Assembly (NCBI RefSeq): GCF_009914755.1
Contig: NC_060939.1
Source: the human T2T-CHM13v2.0 reference genome, Homo sapiens
Reading direction: 5' to 3' (one strand)
DNA length: 64,000 bases
Positions 36,929 to 50,312 of the stretch are shown here, one piece after another. The notes beneath the pieces were generated by a model. It was not told where the DNA came from, did not search any database, and saw nothing but the letters and a program-made list of their open reading frames with translations. The position numbers and the translations under genes are program-made. How positions within the stretch are numbered: the stretch's first letter is position 1; each line of letters opens with the position of its first letter.

Positions 36929-37830
36929 CCTTACCGGTCTTTACTGCACTCACTTACCTAAGAGGCAAAACAATGGCTGCCATTCAAGAAAATCTCACTT
37001 CAGCCCAGAATCGAAGAACTGGGGCTTATTTTGTCTTCTTTCTACTCTGGGGCTTCTCTGAGGCCAAGTTCAGAACTTGTGCACAAGACAGTGGCTGTGA
37101 GACAGAGCCACCCAGGGCTGTCTCCGTTAGATGAAGAGACTGGCTTGATCCATTCCCAAGAACTAGTCCCACGTGCAGTTCGGTTGCTCCGAATGGGATT
37201 TGGGTGCGAGGGGCTGACTGGAGATGTGGGGTCTGGGTGAGTGGGGTATTTGAGAACCTGAAGCTCACAAGGCTTTGTCTGGTTTGAGGTACGTTTTGCC
37301 CTTTCTCCCGCATTCGGCTCTGCATCGAATCTGACCGGCCGCGCCTACTCTCGGAACGGCCGAGGAGGATGGGTCTCCCGTCTCCACACGCGCGGTGTCT
37401 GCGCCGACTGCAGCCCTCCTGGACGGGAGCCTCTGGGCCCAGCTTAGGGTGGCGTCCAGCGTGACCTACTCGGGAATGGCAGCCTTCAGTGTCCTGCGGC
37501 CTCGGGTTCCGGGAAGCTCGGGGACCTGGGCAGCGGATCCAGATGCTTCCACAGCTGTGTCTCCGTCGCTCCGCTTCGGGGGCCGAGAACCAGCAAGACC
37601 AACGCGAGGAGGCGCCACGGTACCTGCCACCCCGCTCCCAGGAGGCCCGGACGAGGCTTCGTCGGCGAGCGGTCGGGGCCTGCTTCTCGAGGTGCCTGCG
37701 AGCGCCTCATGCCCCTCCCCACCGGCCCCAACTCCGTCCCGCCTCACCCGACCGCGGGCTTTGTCCACCCGCCGCGGTGCGGCTCCTCCCAGTCCCCGAC
37801 AGCTCCTCCCCGCCCCCTCTGCCGGCCCCA
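36929..37830 (-). ncRNA. 5' region of a probable divergent lncRNA from the TCF12 promoter (TCF12-DT-like); exon structure not resolved
   Basis: Strong minus-strand donors (CGG|GTGAGG at 37747, CAG|GTACCG at 37623, TAG|GTAAGT at 36957, CCG|GTAAGG at 36934) next to the CpG island. I recall a divergent transcript annotated at this locus but cannot verify it here. Confidence 0.5.
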
Positions 37831-37904
37831 CTTCCTAGGCGGCGGAGCGGGTCGGGGAGGGAAGGGTTAACCCGCGGCTCTTCCCGGCGCGGAGGGATCC
37901 GGAG

Positions 37905-38169
37905 GCGAGCCGAGCGCGGTGGTGAGGCCGCCTCAGCGAAAAAAATGTCCGCCTGAAGAGACCCACAAGTTCTATTCGGGGGGACCGACAGCCCGCCCCG
38001 GGAGGAAGGGGCGGCCAGGCCCGAAAGCCGCCTCCCCCTCCCAGACCCGAGAGCTCGTGCGGGGCAAAGTGAACCGAGCCGCTGGGCGGTGCAAGGGGAA
38101 GCCCAAGCCCGTTCTCCCGGCCAAAGTGAACTTTAATCGGGGTGGTTGGATGCGGAGACGGGGCGGCAG
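37905..38169 (+). other. TCF12: TCF12 non-coding exon 1 (5' boundary approximate)
   Basis: Donor CAG|GTAATT with GT at 38170-38171 inside the CpG island, upstream of the exon 2 acceptor. The TSS cannot be read from sequence alone. Confidence 0.7.
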
Positions 38170-39154
38170 GTAATTGCGGGCTAGCGAGCGGGAGTGGGGC
38201 GGCGCGGCGGGGCTGGGGGCTGCGGGGCGCCGCCGCGTCCCTGCCGGAGTGGGGGCGCCCCCGTCCCCCGCCTCAACTCCGCGCCCCTTTGTACAGCGCG
38301 AAACCCGGGGTCCCCTCCAAGTTGGGGAGCGGAGTGGGGGCGGAGGCTCGAGTCGCGGGCGCTCAGGCCCGCTGGCGGCGCGCTCGGCCTGTGCGCCCCG
38401 TTCGGTGCCCGACTCGGGCCGGCGCCCAGGCTCCGGGGCGCGCGGGAGATCGGGCGGCTTCGGCCGCGGAGCCAGGCTCATTGTTCGGCAGGTCCGGGGC
38501 AGGGCAGCAAAAGTGGGAGGAGGCCGAGCCTGGGGAGGAGGACGCCGGCCGAGAGCGAGACTAGTTGTCGGGGTTTCTGTTTTCTGTTTAAAAACGCCCC
38601 TTGGATGAGCTGGGGGTGCTTTCCGACCTCCTGGGCCCGCCGGGGACGTCCGGGCGGCGGCGGCCGCAGACGCGGGCCTGCGAGCGGCGCGTTCCCTGCA
38701 ACTTGTCAGTTCTATTGTTGCCGAGCGAGTGAGTCACTTCGCATCTCCGCTCGCCGCCGCTCCGCTCGCTGGACGCCGAATTGCCCCTCACCCCGCTCCT
38801 CGAGACCCCAGCCGCGGCCGGGCCCGGCGCGCGGAGCACCCGGCGGCGGCGCGGAGCAGGGGGCGCCGAGGAGGTGGCAGAGACTGGCTCGGAAACTTGG
38901 GGGAGAGGCGGCGAGTTGCGGGAGCCGCCGCGTCGATCTCGGGCCGCGGCGAGGAACGCGTGGATTCCGGGACCCGGCGCGGGCACTGAGCCCTCCCGCC
39001 CCTTGCTCGCGCCGCGGTGGGAGCGAGTCGGGGTCCTGGAAGTCATCCCGGCGCCCCCAGCGCTCTTGCGTAATCTTCCCCAGTACCTCTCTCTGTTCCC
39101 TCACACACTTTGGGCCTCGGTGGTCTCTCGCTGAGCCCGTTTCCTCTGCCCTAG

Positions 39155-39254
<100 letters not shown>

Positions 39255-39738
39255 TGAGAGCTTTCCATGGCATCTTGGGGTTCTGCTGAGGTTTTTGTTT
39301 GTTTGTTTGTTTGTTTCTTTTAAATAAAGGGTGAGGGGAAGCAACGTGGAGACTAGGCAGCGTGAACTCCATCTGCTTTCTGCTTAAGCAGTAGTTCTCA
39401 GGGCTGGAGTCCAGCTCCCCCAAGTTGGACACCTGAACTTTGATGTAATGTCTAGACTTGCACATTTAAAACTTTAATGCCAGAGGGGTCATTTGATTTA
39501 ACCAGTTAAAAGGAGAACAATGTAATTATGACCTTTGGTTGAGTCACCCTCCCACCGCGATGATTATTGGGGATCTTGTACTTTATATGAAAAAGTGTTG
39601 TTTTTTTCTTCAGTACTCCTCACCATTTTCCTCTCCAGTATCAGATGTAGTTTATGGTACCTGAAAGATGTCAGCGACAAGAAAAGTAGTCCAGAGCTAG
39701 AATTTCGAGCCTTCTGAAACAGAGTACTTTTATTTTAT

Positions 39739-39747
39739 ACACACACA

Positions 39748-39784
<37 letters not shown>
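39739..39784. repeat. (AC)6(GT)17 compound microsatellite in intron 2
   Basis: Counted directly. Confidence 0.97.
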
Positions 39785-39786
<2 letters not shown>

Positions 39787-40258
39787 TATGTTCTTAACAT
39801 GGGAAATGACTTAAAAACATCAACTGAAACCTGAGGGCCCACTGCTTTTATTTTTAATGGGTTTAATTCCTTTATTAACTGCTGTTAGGAGGCAGCACCT
39901 ATACCTGCTTTATACAATTCAGTTATAATCCTTACTGTATGTAGTAATTTAATGGGCCATAATTCTGACTGTGTATATTGAGATATAATGTAAATGTAAT
40001 GAAATTCACTTAGTTCTGCAGTAAAGATCATGTGTAATACTATACTGTTTAAACTTAATAATCTTGGACTCTTCCATGTAAATGATCGGGTCTTCAGAAC
40101 AAAATGTAACCATTATTTCCAATTAATTAGGAAATAGTATCATTCAGTGTATTTGCCTCTCTGGATCTGAATGTATCTCCAATTTTATTTTAACTTCCCT
40201 CTGAAATTTAATAACTGATGGATGACTTTTGGTGGACTTTTGTTTGCAAGGAATCTAG

Positions 40259-40387
<129 letters not shown>

Positions 40388-43300
40388 TAAACTAAAGACT
40401 CATATTTTGGTGGTGTGATACATTTTAGTAGAAAAATAGAAAGCATAACATTTAAATATTATTGAATATATGTATATAAAAGATGGAATTGAGTCAAGTG
40501 ATAATTAGTAAGATTTATTAATTTTAAAAGATGACAGTTCCCTCAGAAATCTGTAGGAAATCAGTAGTTTCGTTTACAATTATTTAAAATGTTAGTGGGG
40601 TAAATTTTCAAAATGAATAGAAACTTAGATTTATTTTTAAATGATAAGTATTAGATGACTGAATCCTTTCCTATATCCAGATTACATTATGATAATGTTT
40701 AGAGTAAGTTAAAGTAGATCTACACACTAGTGATCTTGTCTTTAAATTTACTTTCAATACATTTATGACTACTGTGCTCCATTTTAAAACATCCCATTTT
40801 TCTTAAGTATGCATTTTTTCTTTTTTTAACTTTTAAAAACTCATAATTTAAAAATATTTTAGAAGGAAGGTCCATTCCAGTGTGCAAAAGCTGTAACTTT
40901 TTATTTAATTTAAATTTATTTCTTTGTGCTTAAGAGATGAAAAAAATAACTAAAGCCATGACAGCATCATCTTAAGAAAACCAACTGTCAAATCTCTGGG
41001 CTGAAACTCAGTAATGCCTCTTTGATGGGTGCTTTTTATTTCCCCTGGTAAAATGATAGTTGGTTTCTTAAAATACTGTGAGAATAAAACATCAGAAAAT
41101 AAGGTTAATTTCATAACCACCTAAACACTTTATACCACTTTACATTCTAAAAAGTTTGTTTTTAAAAATTGTATACTAATTTATTAAAATTCATTTTTAA
41201 TTATGAAATTAGAGCTTATGGGGAAAGTATAGCATGTCCTTAATCATCTTAAGTAAGTGAAATGAAGGCATTTTTTGGATTTTAAGTAGGGTAAAGACTA
41301 GTATTATTCTTGATCAAAAGGACATCATGAAACGATAGGCAAGTCCCAACTCTTCTCTCACCTCCTTCCTTTTACTGGTAATCATTTGAAAATTGTTACT
41401 TTTTGGGGAGGGGGGAGAAAATTTAATAATCTTAAAGTTGTAGAAGATGGCTGTATTTCTTTACTGGTGTTGATACATCTCATTTTTGCAACTAATAATT
41501 CATTCTCAGGAACCTTCAGATTTACTTTGACTAATACATAGTAGATGATGCTTAGTATTTTTTAAAAATGAGTCTTGATATTACTGTTGCCTACTGTTCC
41601 AGCTTAAGTTATGGTAAATATATATAACTGGACAGTCACTGATACAATAACATGAACTCCAGGAACTTGCTGTTAGAAGTGCATTCTATTTTTAGAATAA
41701 AGGCAATTACATTTATTTCACTTTTTAAACTTAAGAAGGATTTATGTAGTCTGTGAAATTAAAAAGTATGTGAACTGGGATATAGATTATAAGCATGGCA
41801 TTGGAGCAATTTTTGGACTTCAGTACGTTGCATTGCACAAAGAAAAAATTATTTTTCTACATTGCGAATGGTCACCATATTTGATTATTTGGAGTAGGAA
41901 CTTTTAGTTTTAAAAGTTAGATTTGTTATCCATTGAAAGGTTTGAACTTACACACCTGTAGTCAGTGGACTTAGCAATATTTATCTGTGTGTTTTGTTTT
42001 AAATGCTACAAAAAATTGTAATAAAAAAGCTGTGACTTTTAATTAGTGAATGGATTTGAATTTGGGGAAGAGAAAATGCCATGTGATTTTTTTTCAAATC
42101 AAGATGTACTGGTAGATATAATTTTTCTGTGGCCAGTTCTTAAAGGGAATGTCTAAAAGAAATTGGTATAGTAACATTATTTTACTTATATATTTTATAT
42201 TTATATACCTTATTGACATTTGAATAACCTTCTGCCCTGATTTCAAAGGATATTATGTAATACACTCTAATGCCTATGTATTTGCAGCTATTAAGGAGCT
42301 AAAGATCTGACTTTCCTTTTGAAGAGCTGCTGTAGTAAAGATTAGGGTTTTTTGTTTGTTTTCTGTTTTGTCTTTGGAGTAACATTTATAAAAACTACAT
42401 GCCATTTGACTTATGAAAACTAGAGTTTATAGTCAGGTATTGTAATTTCCTTTCTTATTTGTCCTTTTTGAGGAAGACTCAATTTCACAGTGGGCTGTTT
42501 TTGAGAAACGATATATAATACTTTCAGAAGCTTTTTTAGCTGAAAGAATATATACTATAGCATGTGATGTTATCTTTAATCTTATTCCTGAAGCAAAACA
42601 AATAACTCATCATGGCTGAGTTATTTATGAGTGTCGGAAGTCACTCTGGAAAAGATAAAGGTGTGTTTACTACTACTAATTTGTCTTGAGGATCTGTTAT
42701 GTTATTCCTTCATCAGGGTGTTAAAATTTTCTTCACGTTATGGTGAGAGTGAATTTGTTCACTTGGTATGATAGGCTCTGTGAAGTGTTCCTAAAGTGAC
42801 CTTGAGAGAAACTTTTCTTTCTGTAGGAGTGAAAGGTCAGGCACTCTAATTAGGGCAGTGTATAGAAACAAAGGGCAGTGTATAGAAGGAAAGTTGGTTA
42901 AAAGGATTGACAAAATGGAAATGGTTCAGATGTTTAAATCCATATCCTCAACTTCGGGGTTTGAGTGTGTATGTCTAGATTGTGATTTTGGGTTAGTTTT
43001 TAGTAGATTGTTTGTATGATATCTGAAAATTTCCTTTGTTTTTGAATCCAAGTAGTAAGGGATGTTGTCATTTTGTAAGCCATCTGTAGATATTGAGCAT
43101 CTCTCTGGTGTTTCTATCTAGAATGTCATTTTAACTATTAAGTAAAGCTTCACTTTTTCTTATTGAATTCAGACGTTTGTAACAGTATAGTTTCTTTTTG
43201 CCCAAAATTTTCAGAGATAATTGTAGGAAGTATTTTCTGGCTCTTAATTTTTAAAAAGGAATACAGTTTTTCATTTTTCAGTTACTGATCTTTTTTTGTG

Positions 43301-43394
43301 GGGCGGGGGGTTATTTTTAGATGTACTTACAGGCTTTTTGAAAATATTGACATAGGGCCAGAAAAATGAATTCTCATTAAATTACTCTTCAGTA

Positions 43395-43610
43395 TTTCTA
43401 TTTTTAGATAGTTGTAGATTCATATGCAGTTGTAAGAAACTATACAGAGATTCTATATACCCTTTACCCAGTTTCCTGCAATAATAGCACCTTGAAAAAT
43501 TAGTACAGTATCACAACTAGGTTATTGATAGTGATACAGTCAAGATGCAAAAACTGTTCTGTCACCACAGGAATTCTTGGTGTTGGCCTTTTGTAACTGC
43601 ATCCACTTTT
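43395..43610 (-). mobile_element. L1MC-type 3' end fragment
   Basis: tgtagattcatatgcagttgtaagaaac...ccctttacccagtttcc...agtacagtatcacaactagg. Confidence 0.75.
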
Positions 43611-44191
43611 CAAGTAATTAAAAAAATGGTAAGATTACTAAATGCCTTCTTTCTCTGTTAAACGTGGAGTAAGCTTTTCAAATTGCTGTAGCATTACTTG
43701 AACATATCAAGAACAAAATCAAGAGAAAACCAAAATTGTACCACTGTAGGTTTTTACTGAACTGTGATAGAAATAGGAATGGTGATTTTAGAGAGGAAAC
43801 CAGGTTTGACCTTTCACTTAAGGTATTTTAAGGTTATGAGTAGGGTGTGGTTCATATTATGTACATATTAGTGTTGAAATTTATAATAGCTATAATTTGT
43901 AGTAAATACATACTTGTTAATATTGAGCCATGTTAGACATTTGTTTCAGGTAAGCTGTAGTTATTAATGAGAGTAACCACAGAGTCAGCAGGTGTGTGGG
44001 GAAAAATATATTTTAGGACAAATATGGTCTGCTATTAAGTTGCTCATTTAAGGTAAAAGGTAGCAAGGGAGTCTTTTAGAGAAAACCTGTTTATGAAAAC
44101 TCATACTTGGAAAACATAAAAATTAGAGACAAGATTACAACCATGAGTATTGTATACTTTTCAGGACAATTCCTGAACAATTGAAAAACAA

Positions 44192-44495
44192 GGTCGGGTG
44201 TGGTGGCTCATGCCTGTAATCCCAGCACTTTGGGAGGCCGAGGTGGGTAGATCACATGAGGTCAGGAGTTTGAGACCAGCCTGGCCAACATGGTGAAACC
44301 CTATTTCTACTAATAATACAAAAACTTGCTGGGTGTGATGGTGGGCACCTGTAATCCCAGCTACTCAGGAGGCTGGGGTGGGAGAATTGCTTGAACCTGG
44401 GAGGCAGAGGTTGCAGTGACCTGAGATGGCGCAGCCAGTGTACTCCAGTCTTGGCAACAGAATGAGACTCTGTCTCCAAAAACAAAAAAAAACCA
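44192..44495 (+). mobile_element. AluS element
   Basis: Dimeric Alu consensus with A-rich tail. Confidence 0.94.
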
Positions 44496-45308
44496 CAAAC
44501 AAATGGTGTCCACCGCCCCCCCACCCCCCCGCCCCAACCCCGTAGTCATTGCTTATAATGGATTTGAAAAACAATTTGATTAGATCACAACATTTTAGGG
44601 GCTTGTTTATTATATATAGTGAGGCATACCTACAATTACTGTTTTTGTTTTCATTAGCCATTTAAACACAAATTCAAGTTTCTGTCTTCAAGGTATCCTT
44701 TGCTATATCTTTGAGTTTTTAAACAAGCCTTTTGAAATGAGAAGATAAAGATGAAGATATCCAACCTTGACTATAAACAACTTTCAAATTTTATACTTAA
44801 TTGGGCAATAAACAATGCTGTCTTATTAAAGCCATATAGTCTTTTCTGCTCTTAAACAATTGGTAGTCTTTTCCTGGAATGTCATTGTCTGCCTAGTGTT
44901 GTCAAAGACTTGGGTAATCTTGCTGAAAGAAAGTAAAAGTAGCACTATTAGAAAGGCTCTCCTGAAAAAGAAAAAGAAGTGCTATTTGTGGACAATGTGT
45001 GGAATGCCTTTTTAAAAGATCATTTAATAAGACTGCTTTTGGGTATCACTTGAAAGTATGTTTATGGATGGGAATGTTGAAATTGCAAATCTAAATTGTT
45101 TGTGTTTAGGGAAGATAATGAGAAGACAAACACTTAAATATATTCAAAAGACTAATGAATGACAGTCTGCTTTGTTAAATAGTTGTGCCATAAGTATCTC
45201 ATTTTTATCAGTTAACTATTTAGTATTTACCTATGCATTCTTCTAGCAGTTTTTGGGAAGATGGGAAATGGAGAAGGTCATTGCTCAGAAAAAGTGGAGA
45301 CATTTCGT

Positions 45309-45613
<305 letters not shown>

Positions 45614-45979
45614 TTATTATTTTGATGGGAAGTAAAATACTGAGGTAAACTTCTCTAACATAGAAAATGTCAACAAACACACATTATTGTAGTTTAAATT
45701 GAGTCCATAAGAAAGAGGCTGTGCTGAAGAGTCAGGGAACTGGCTTAAGGAAAACTCAAAAATGTTGAGTTTAGAGTTGACTTGTGATGGAGATATGGAC
45801 AATGAATTAGGGAAGAGAAGAACTGGTCTTACAGCTGAGGAATAGCATGAGGAGAGACCTGGAAATGGGAATTTAGCTTGATCCAAGGGCCTGTACAGTT
45901 CAGAGAGAGAGAAGCTGGTTTTTATTAATCACCACTCCTTAATTCCTGGGGGAGCTCATATTTACATATTATTATCTGG

Positions 45980-46190
45980 AGCTGGACTACAGGTGTTCAG
46001 ATCCAGAAATTACCAGTGAATAGCACGGTGATCTTGGGTATGTTCCTTTACTTGTCTGCTTCTGTTTCTTAATCTATAAAACAGGACTAATAATAGTCGT
46101 TATCCTTATAAGGTTGTTAGGAGTGTTCAATGAGTTAATACATGTAAAGTTCCAAGAATAGTGCCTAGCACATAGTTAGCTGTGGTGGAG
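45980..46190 (+). mobile_element. MIR SINE (similar MIR fragments at ~47340-47580, ~52740-52930 and, inverted, ~62730-62920)
   Basis: MIR core gtgatcttggg...ctgtttcttaatctataaaacaggactaataatag...aatgagttaatacatgtaaag. Confidence 0.75.
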
Positions 46191-49100
46191 TAAATTGTTA
46201 GTGGTGAGACACTAAAATAAGGAAGGCATTTATTTACTTTGGAGGCCTTTATGCTAATCTAGGATGAGCTGGTGAAGGGTTAGATTTGGTGTTAGTGTAG
46301 GGAATAGGAAGGAAAAATAACAGAAGTAAAGGATTGTTAGAATTTGAGGGATTGGCTTTCTGTAGGTAAGAGAAATGACCGAAGATTGCAGTTCTGACAT
46401 AATTGGAGGATAGTAGTGCTGGAGGTAGTAAAGATGCTGAATTGTTTTTTGCATTTTATATTTCACATGACCTGGGACTCTTCTGGCTAATTTGGAGATG
46501 TATGAGGGAAGCATGCTCGGTAAAGATGTTGGTTAAAAAGAAGACCGTCTTTTTTCTGCATATAAAGTTAATACATAGTCATAATTGAAAAGAAAATTAG
46601 AGAACAGAAAAAGCAAAAGGGGAAAAATTAGCTTTATTTCAGTATCCAGAGAAAATTGATTTATTTCCTTTTTGTCTTTTTTTCTTATAGTTCCGTTTGC
46701 AAAGCTGGTAACTTAATGTTAGTTCATTTATGTCCTGTTTTTTGTTTCACTTAATCTTCTACCATTAACATTTTCTCCTGTTATTAACTTGGCTTAAAAT
46801 AGTTGCATGCTCTTAAATGGAATGAATATAGCATAACTTAACAAATCCATTATTTTATTACTTGACCTTTATGGATTTTTGTTAATTTGCTTTTTGATAT
46901 GATAAATAATGTGGTACTGACCACCTTTTTGTGTATGTATATGTTTTTGCCCACATTCTGATTTCTTTTGGTTAGGAGATGCAAATTTTGTTTTTTGTGC
47001 CTACAAGTTAATAATTAAAACTAATGAATTCCCTTAGGGAAATGAACACAGAGGGAGATAAATTATCAGGCCAGGGATTGATGTTAATGGTGGAGTTACA
47101 TGTATAAAATTAGTGACTTTGGTTGATTATTTAATGTAATAATACAAAATTTTATTAGTATGTGAATGGAATGCATTATGACATTTGGAGCACATTTGTG
47201 CTTGTATACAAATGTGTTGTGTGGTGACTGGAGGGAATTCCTGTCATTCTTTGACCTGTGCTTATAGAAATGGAGTGGAGTCTAATTGGAGTCTTGTCAG
47301 TGAGAGAGCCCTTGAATTCCTGACTTTTTGTGAGAGAGACAATATAGTGTATTGGAAAGAATTGGGCTCAGGAGCCAGACAACTGGATTGGAATCGATGA
47401 CTTGCAGCTTACTAGCTGGATGGCCTTAGGTGAGATATTTAAATAATCAGAGCTATACTTTTTTCATTTGTGAAAAGTGGGTAATAATGCCCACCTACAG
47501 AATCCTTGTGAAGATTAAATAAGGTTATCTATATATTTTTTTCCTATAAAGCTGCTTAAAAAATGGTAGCTGCTATTATTGTGGTACCTTCTAACTAGCA
47601 TTCTCGGTAATACTAGTGATTATATTAGAAATCATTATAAAGCCAGTATTATAGCTAGTGTTTATTGAACTCCTATTATATACTAGGCATTGTGATAAGC
47701 AGTTTATGGGCATTATCTCATTTTACTTTGGATAAAATGAAATGTTTTGTCTGTGGTGTTGGAAGTGAGGCAATACCCCTACAAGAGCAACAAGTCAGAG
47801 TTGCTTTTAGTGCCATAAAATTGTGTATATGAAGTCCGAGAAGTAATCAGGCATACAAGTAGTTTTGAAAAGTCATGAAGTACCCAGGAACCTTAACTTT
47901 TCTTTTTTAGTTGATTTATTCTTAATGTTATTATTTTGTAGACTATACTTTGTAGAGTGCAGAATAATGAAGAGAATGTGTACACCTTTTGAAAATCCTT
48001 TTCCATGCTTAGGCATCACCGCCACTTGAATGTAGCATTTTGTCCATATTCTTTCTCCAGCTACTTGAAATTCTTTCTGGAGTGAGGCATAGTCTAAATA
48101 ATTAAGTAAAATAAAAATTACTTGACTGGAAAGGATAGAACGCCTGGGAACAGGTTGGAGAGAATGTTAAGAGTCTCTAGGGTAGAACGTATTCACTTTT
48201 TTTCTTAATGGCAGAGAAGAAGGAACATAAACTCCCTTGGTAGCTTGAAGCAGCACGTTGCAAGTGAGTGGAAGAAATTGTATCTTAAAAATTCATGTAC
48301 ATTTTATTTTCTACTTGCTACCACAAACATATCTGTAGTAATTTAAATATGTTTTCATTAATCATTGAGTAAAACTGAAGTTCTAAAGTTGCATCATTTT
48401 TGGGTTATGGCATTACCTTCCTCCTGTTTTGGTTTGTATCTTTGGGGATAAGGGTCAGGGTGGAATGGAATGCTGGCCAATCCTTAATGAGAAGCCCAAC
48501 TCTAGAGCATATCTTTAGCTGTATTTTTTCATGCACCTTTTCTTGCTCCTATAGAAGCCTGTAAAAAGGGATCATTACATCAGGGGGAAAAATGGTTTTG
48601 GTAGAAAGAAAACTGTTATTTTCATAAACTGAAGCACAGATAGTTTTGTTAATAACATGACTGTTATTTGAAACTTTCTTGTTTCCAGCCAGATCATTCT
48701 GTAATTTTTAAAGATACCCTTGACTTGAAAAGAAAATGTAATTTTTATAGAGAGAGCTTTGGTTTTTTTTTGTTCCATGTTTAAAATGTGCTCTCATGTG
48801 TTCCAGGTTAAAAATGTGCTCTCATAAAGACCATGGTGAGTCATCCAAGCTACTGTAAGCTGCTTGGGGACCTAAAGATCACATTTAAAGATCCCACAGA
48901 AAAGAAAATGCATTAGAGATTGGTTACTAATTTTTATTGCAGTGGGTGGTGACTCAGGGATGAAACCTTCAAAATAATATAATAAAACAATTTGAGATAA
49001 GGTACAGGACAGAAAATACTACCTTTTTTTCCCTTAAAAAACCACTACTACCATAACTTACTGTATTTTGGTTATTAAAATTGGGATAATTTGGCCCAAG

Positions 49101-50034
49101 ATGTCATTTTATCAGCTCTGTGGTGTTAGGAAGGTGCCTGAATTTGAACTGAGGGAGTTTCTCTAAATTTGTGGTAATCTATGGAAGATCATTCTAGTTG
49201 CCAAATGGAAGTCTCTCTGGAGGCGGCCTCCCTCAAAAGTTGTCAGTGTATTTGCTTCTGTTAGTTTTGCCTGTGAGCTATTTCCAGGCTTTAAAAATGA
49301 ACAAGATTGACTCATAATTACTCTTTCATCACTTCATTGGTAGCTGATACAGTGAACACAGGTTGGACTTAATATAATCATGGCTACTCCAGTCAGTGAG
49401 TGAATGTGCTGCTGCTGTCGGCAAGAGTTGTGAATGTTGGTTGGGCATGGAAGGTATCTCTGCTGGGAGGGAATTACAGTCATCCAGCTTCTTGGTCCCA
49501 GAGGCATATGTTGTTGTTTTGAGGTGGTTGGGGATGAATAAGTGGTTGGTTTGTACCTTTGGAGTGTAAAAAATGCTAGGCTCACTTTAAACAGTAGCGT
49601 GGTTTGACCACAGGTCAGTTTAGAAAATCTGAGCTTATATGGGCACTTGTGCCAAGGGTAAGAATCTTTGAGTTCTCCTGCAGGATCCTTTTAGGTTTTT
49701 CCTATTTGGAAACCCCACTATATCTAGCCAACTTTGTCATGTGGTCCAGAGGCCCATTTACTTCATCTACTTGGTACTGACATACTCGGATTTTAGAAAA
49801 TGTTTTTTAGTGTTATTCTCAGTTGGGAATAGAGTTAAAGGGAAAAGTGTTTCATGTTGAATCTCTTGATAGGAACATATAAGTTAAAATGATTGTAACT
49901 TTCCAATTAGGTAGATAATTAGAGGCATTGCAAGACTGTTCTAAGTATCCTTAATATCTTTTATCTAAGTATCAGCTAGTTTTTTTTTTATTCTAGGTGA
50001 TAGCATATTTTGTCAAGATCCCCTTTTCCCAGTT

Positions 50035-50312
50035 AGAGATCCACAGTCCCTTATCTGCAGTTTTGAAATCCAAAAAGATCTCAACCACAGTTAACTTCAG
50101 CATGAAGTATTTTGATGGCTAAATCTGATCTTATCTGAAGGGAGGCCATTGACATTCTCTATTTTCCTAGTTCCTGTGTGGTTGCCAGTAGCTGATTTGT
50201 AGCGTGTGACATATATACCTATATACTATGTTTCCTTTCTAAAATCTGAAAAACTGAGTTCTAAAACCCACCTGGCCCCATGGATTTTAGAAAAGGTATT
50301 ATGGAGATCTGT
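50035..50312. mobile_element. Old Tigger-like DNA transposon fragment
   Basis: Imperfect inverted termini agatccacagtcccttatc ... aaaaggtattatggagatct. Confidence 0.45.
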
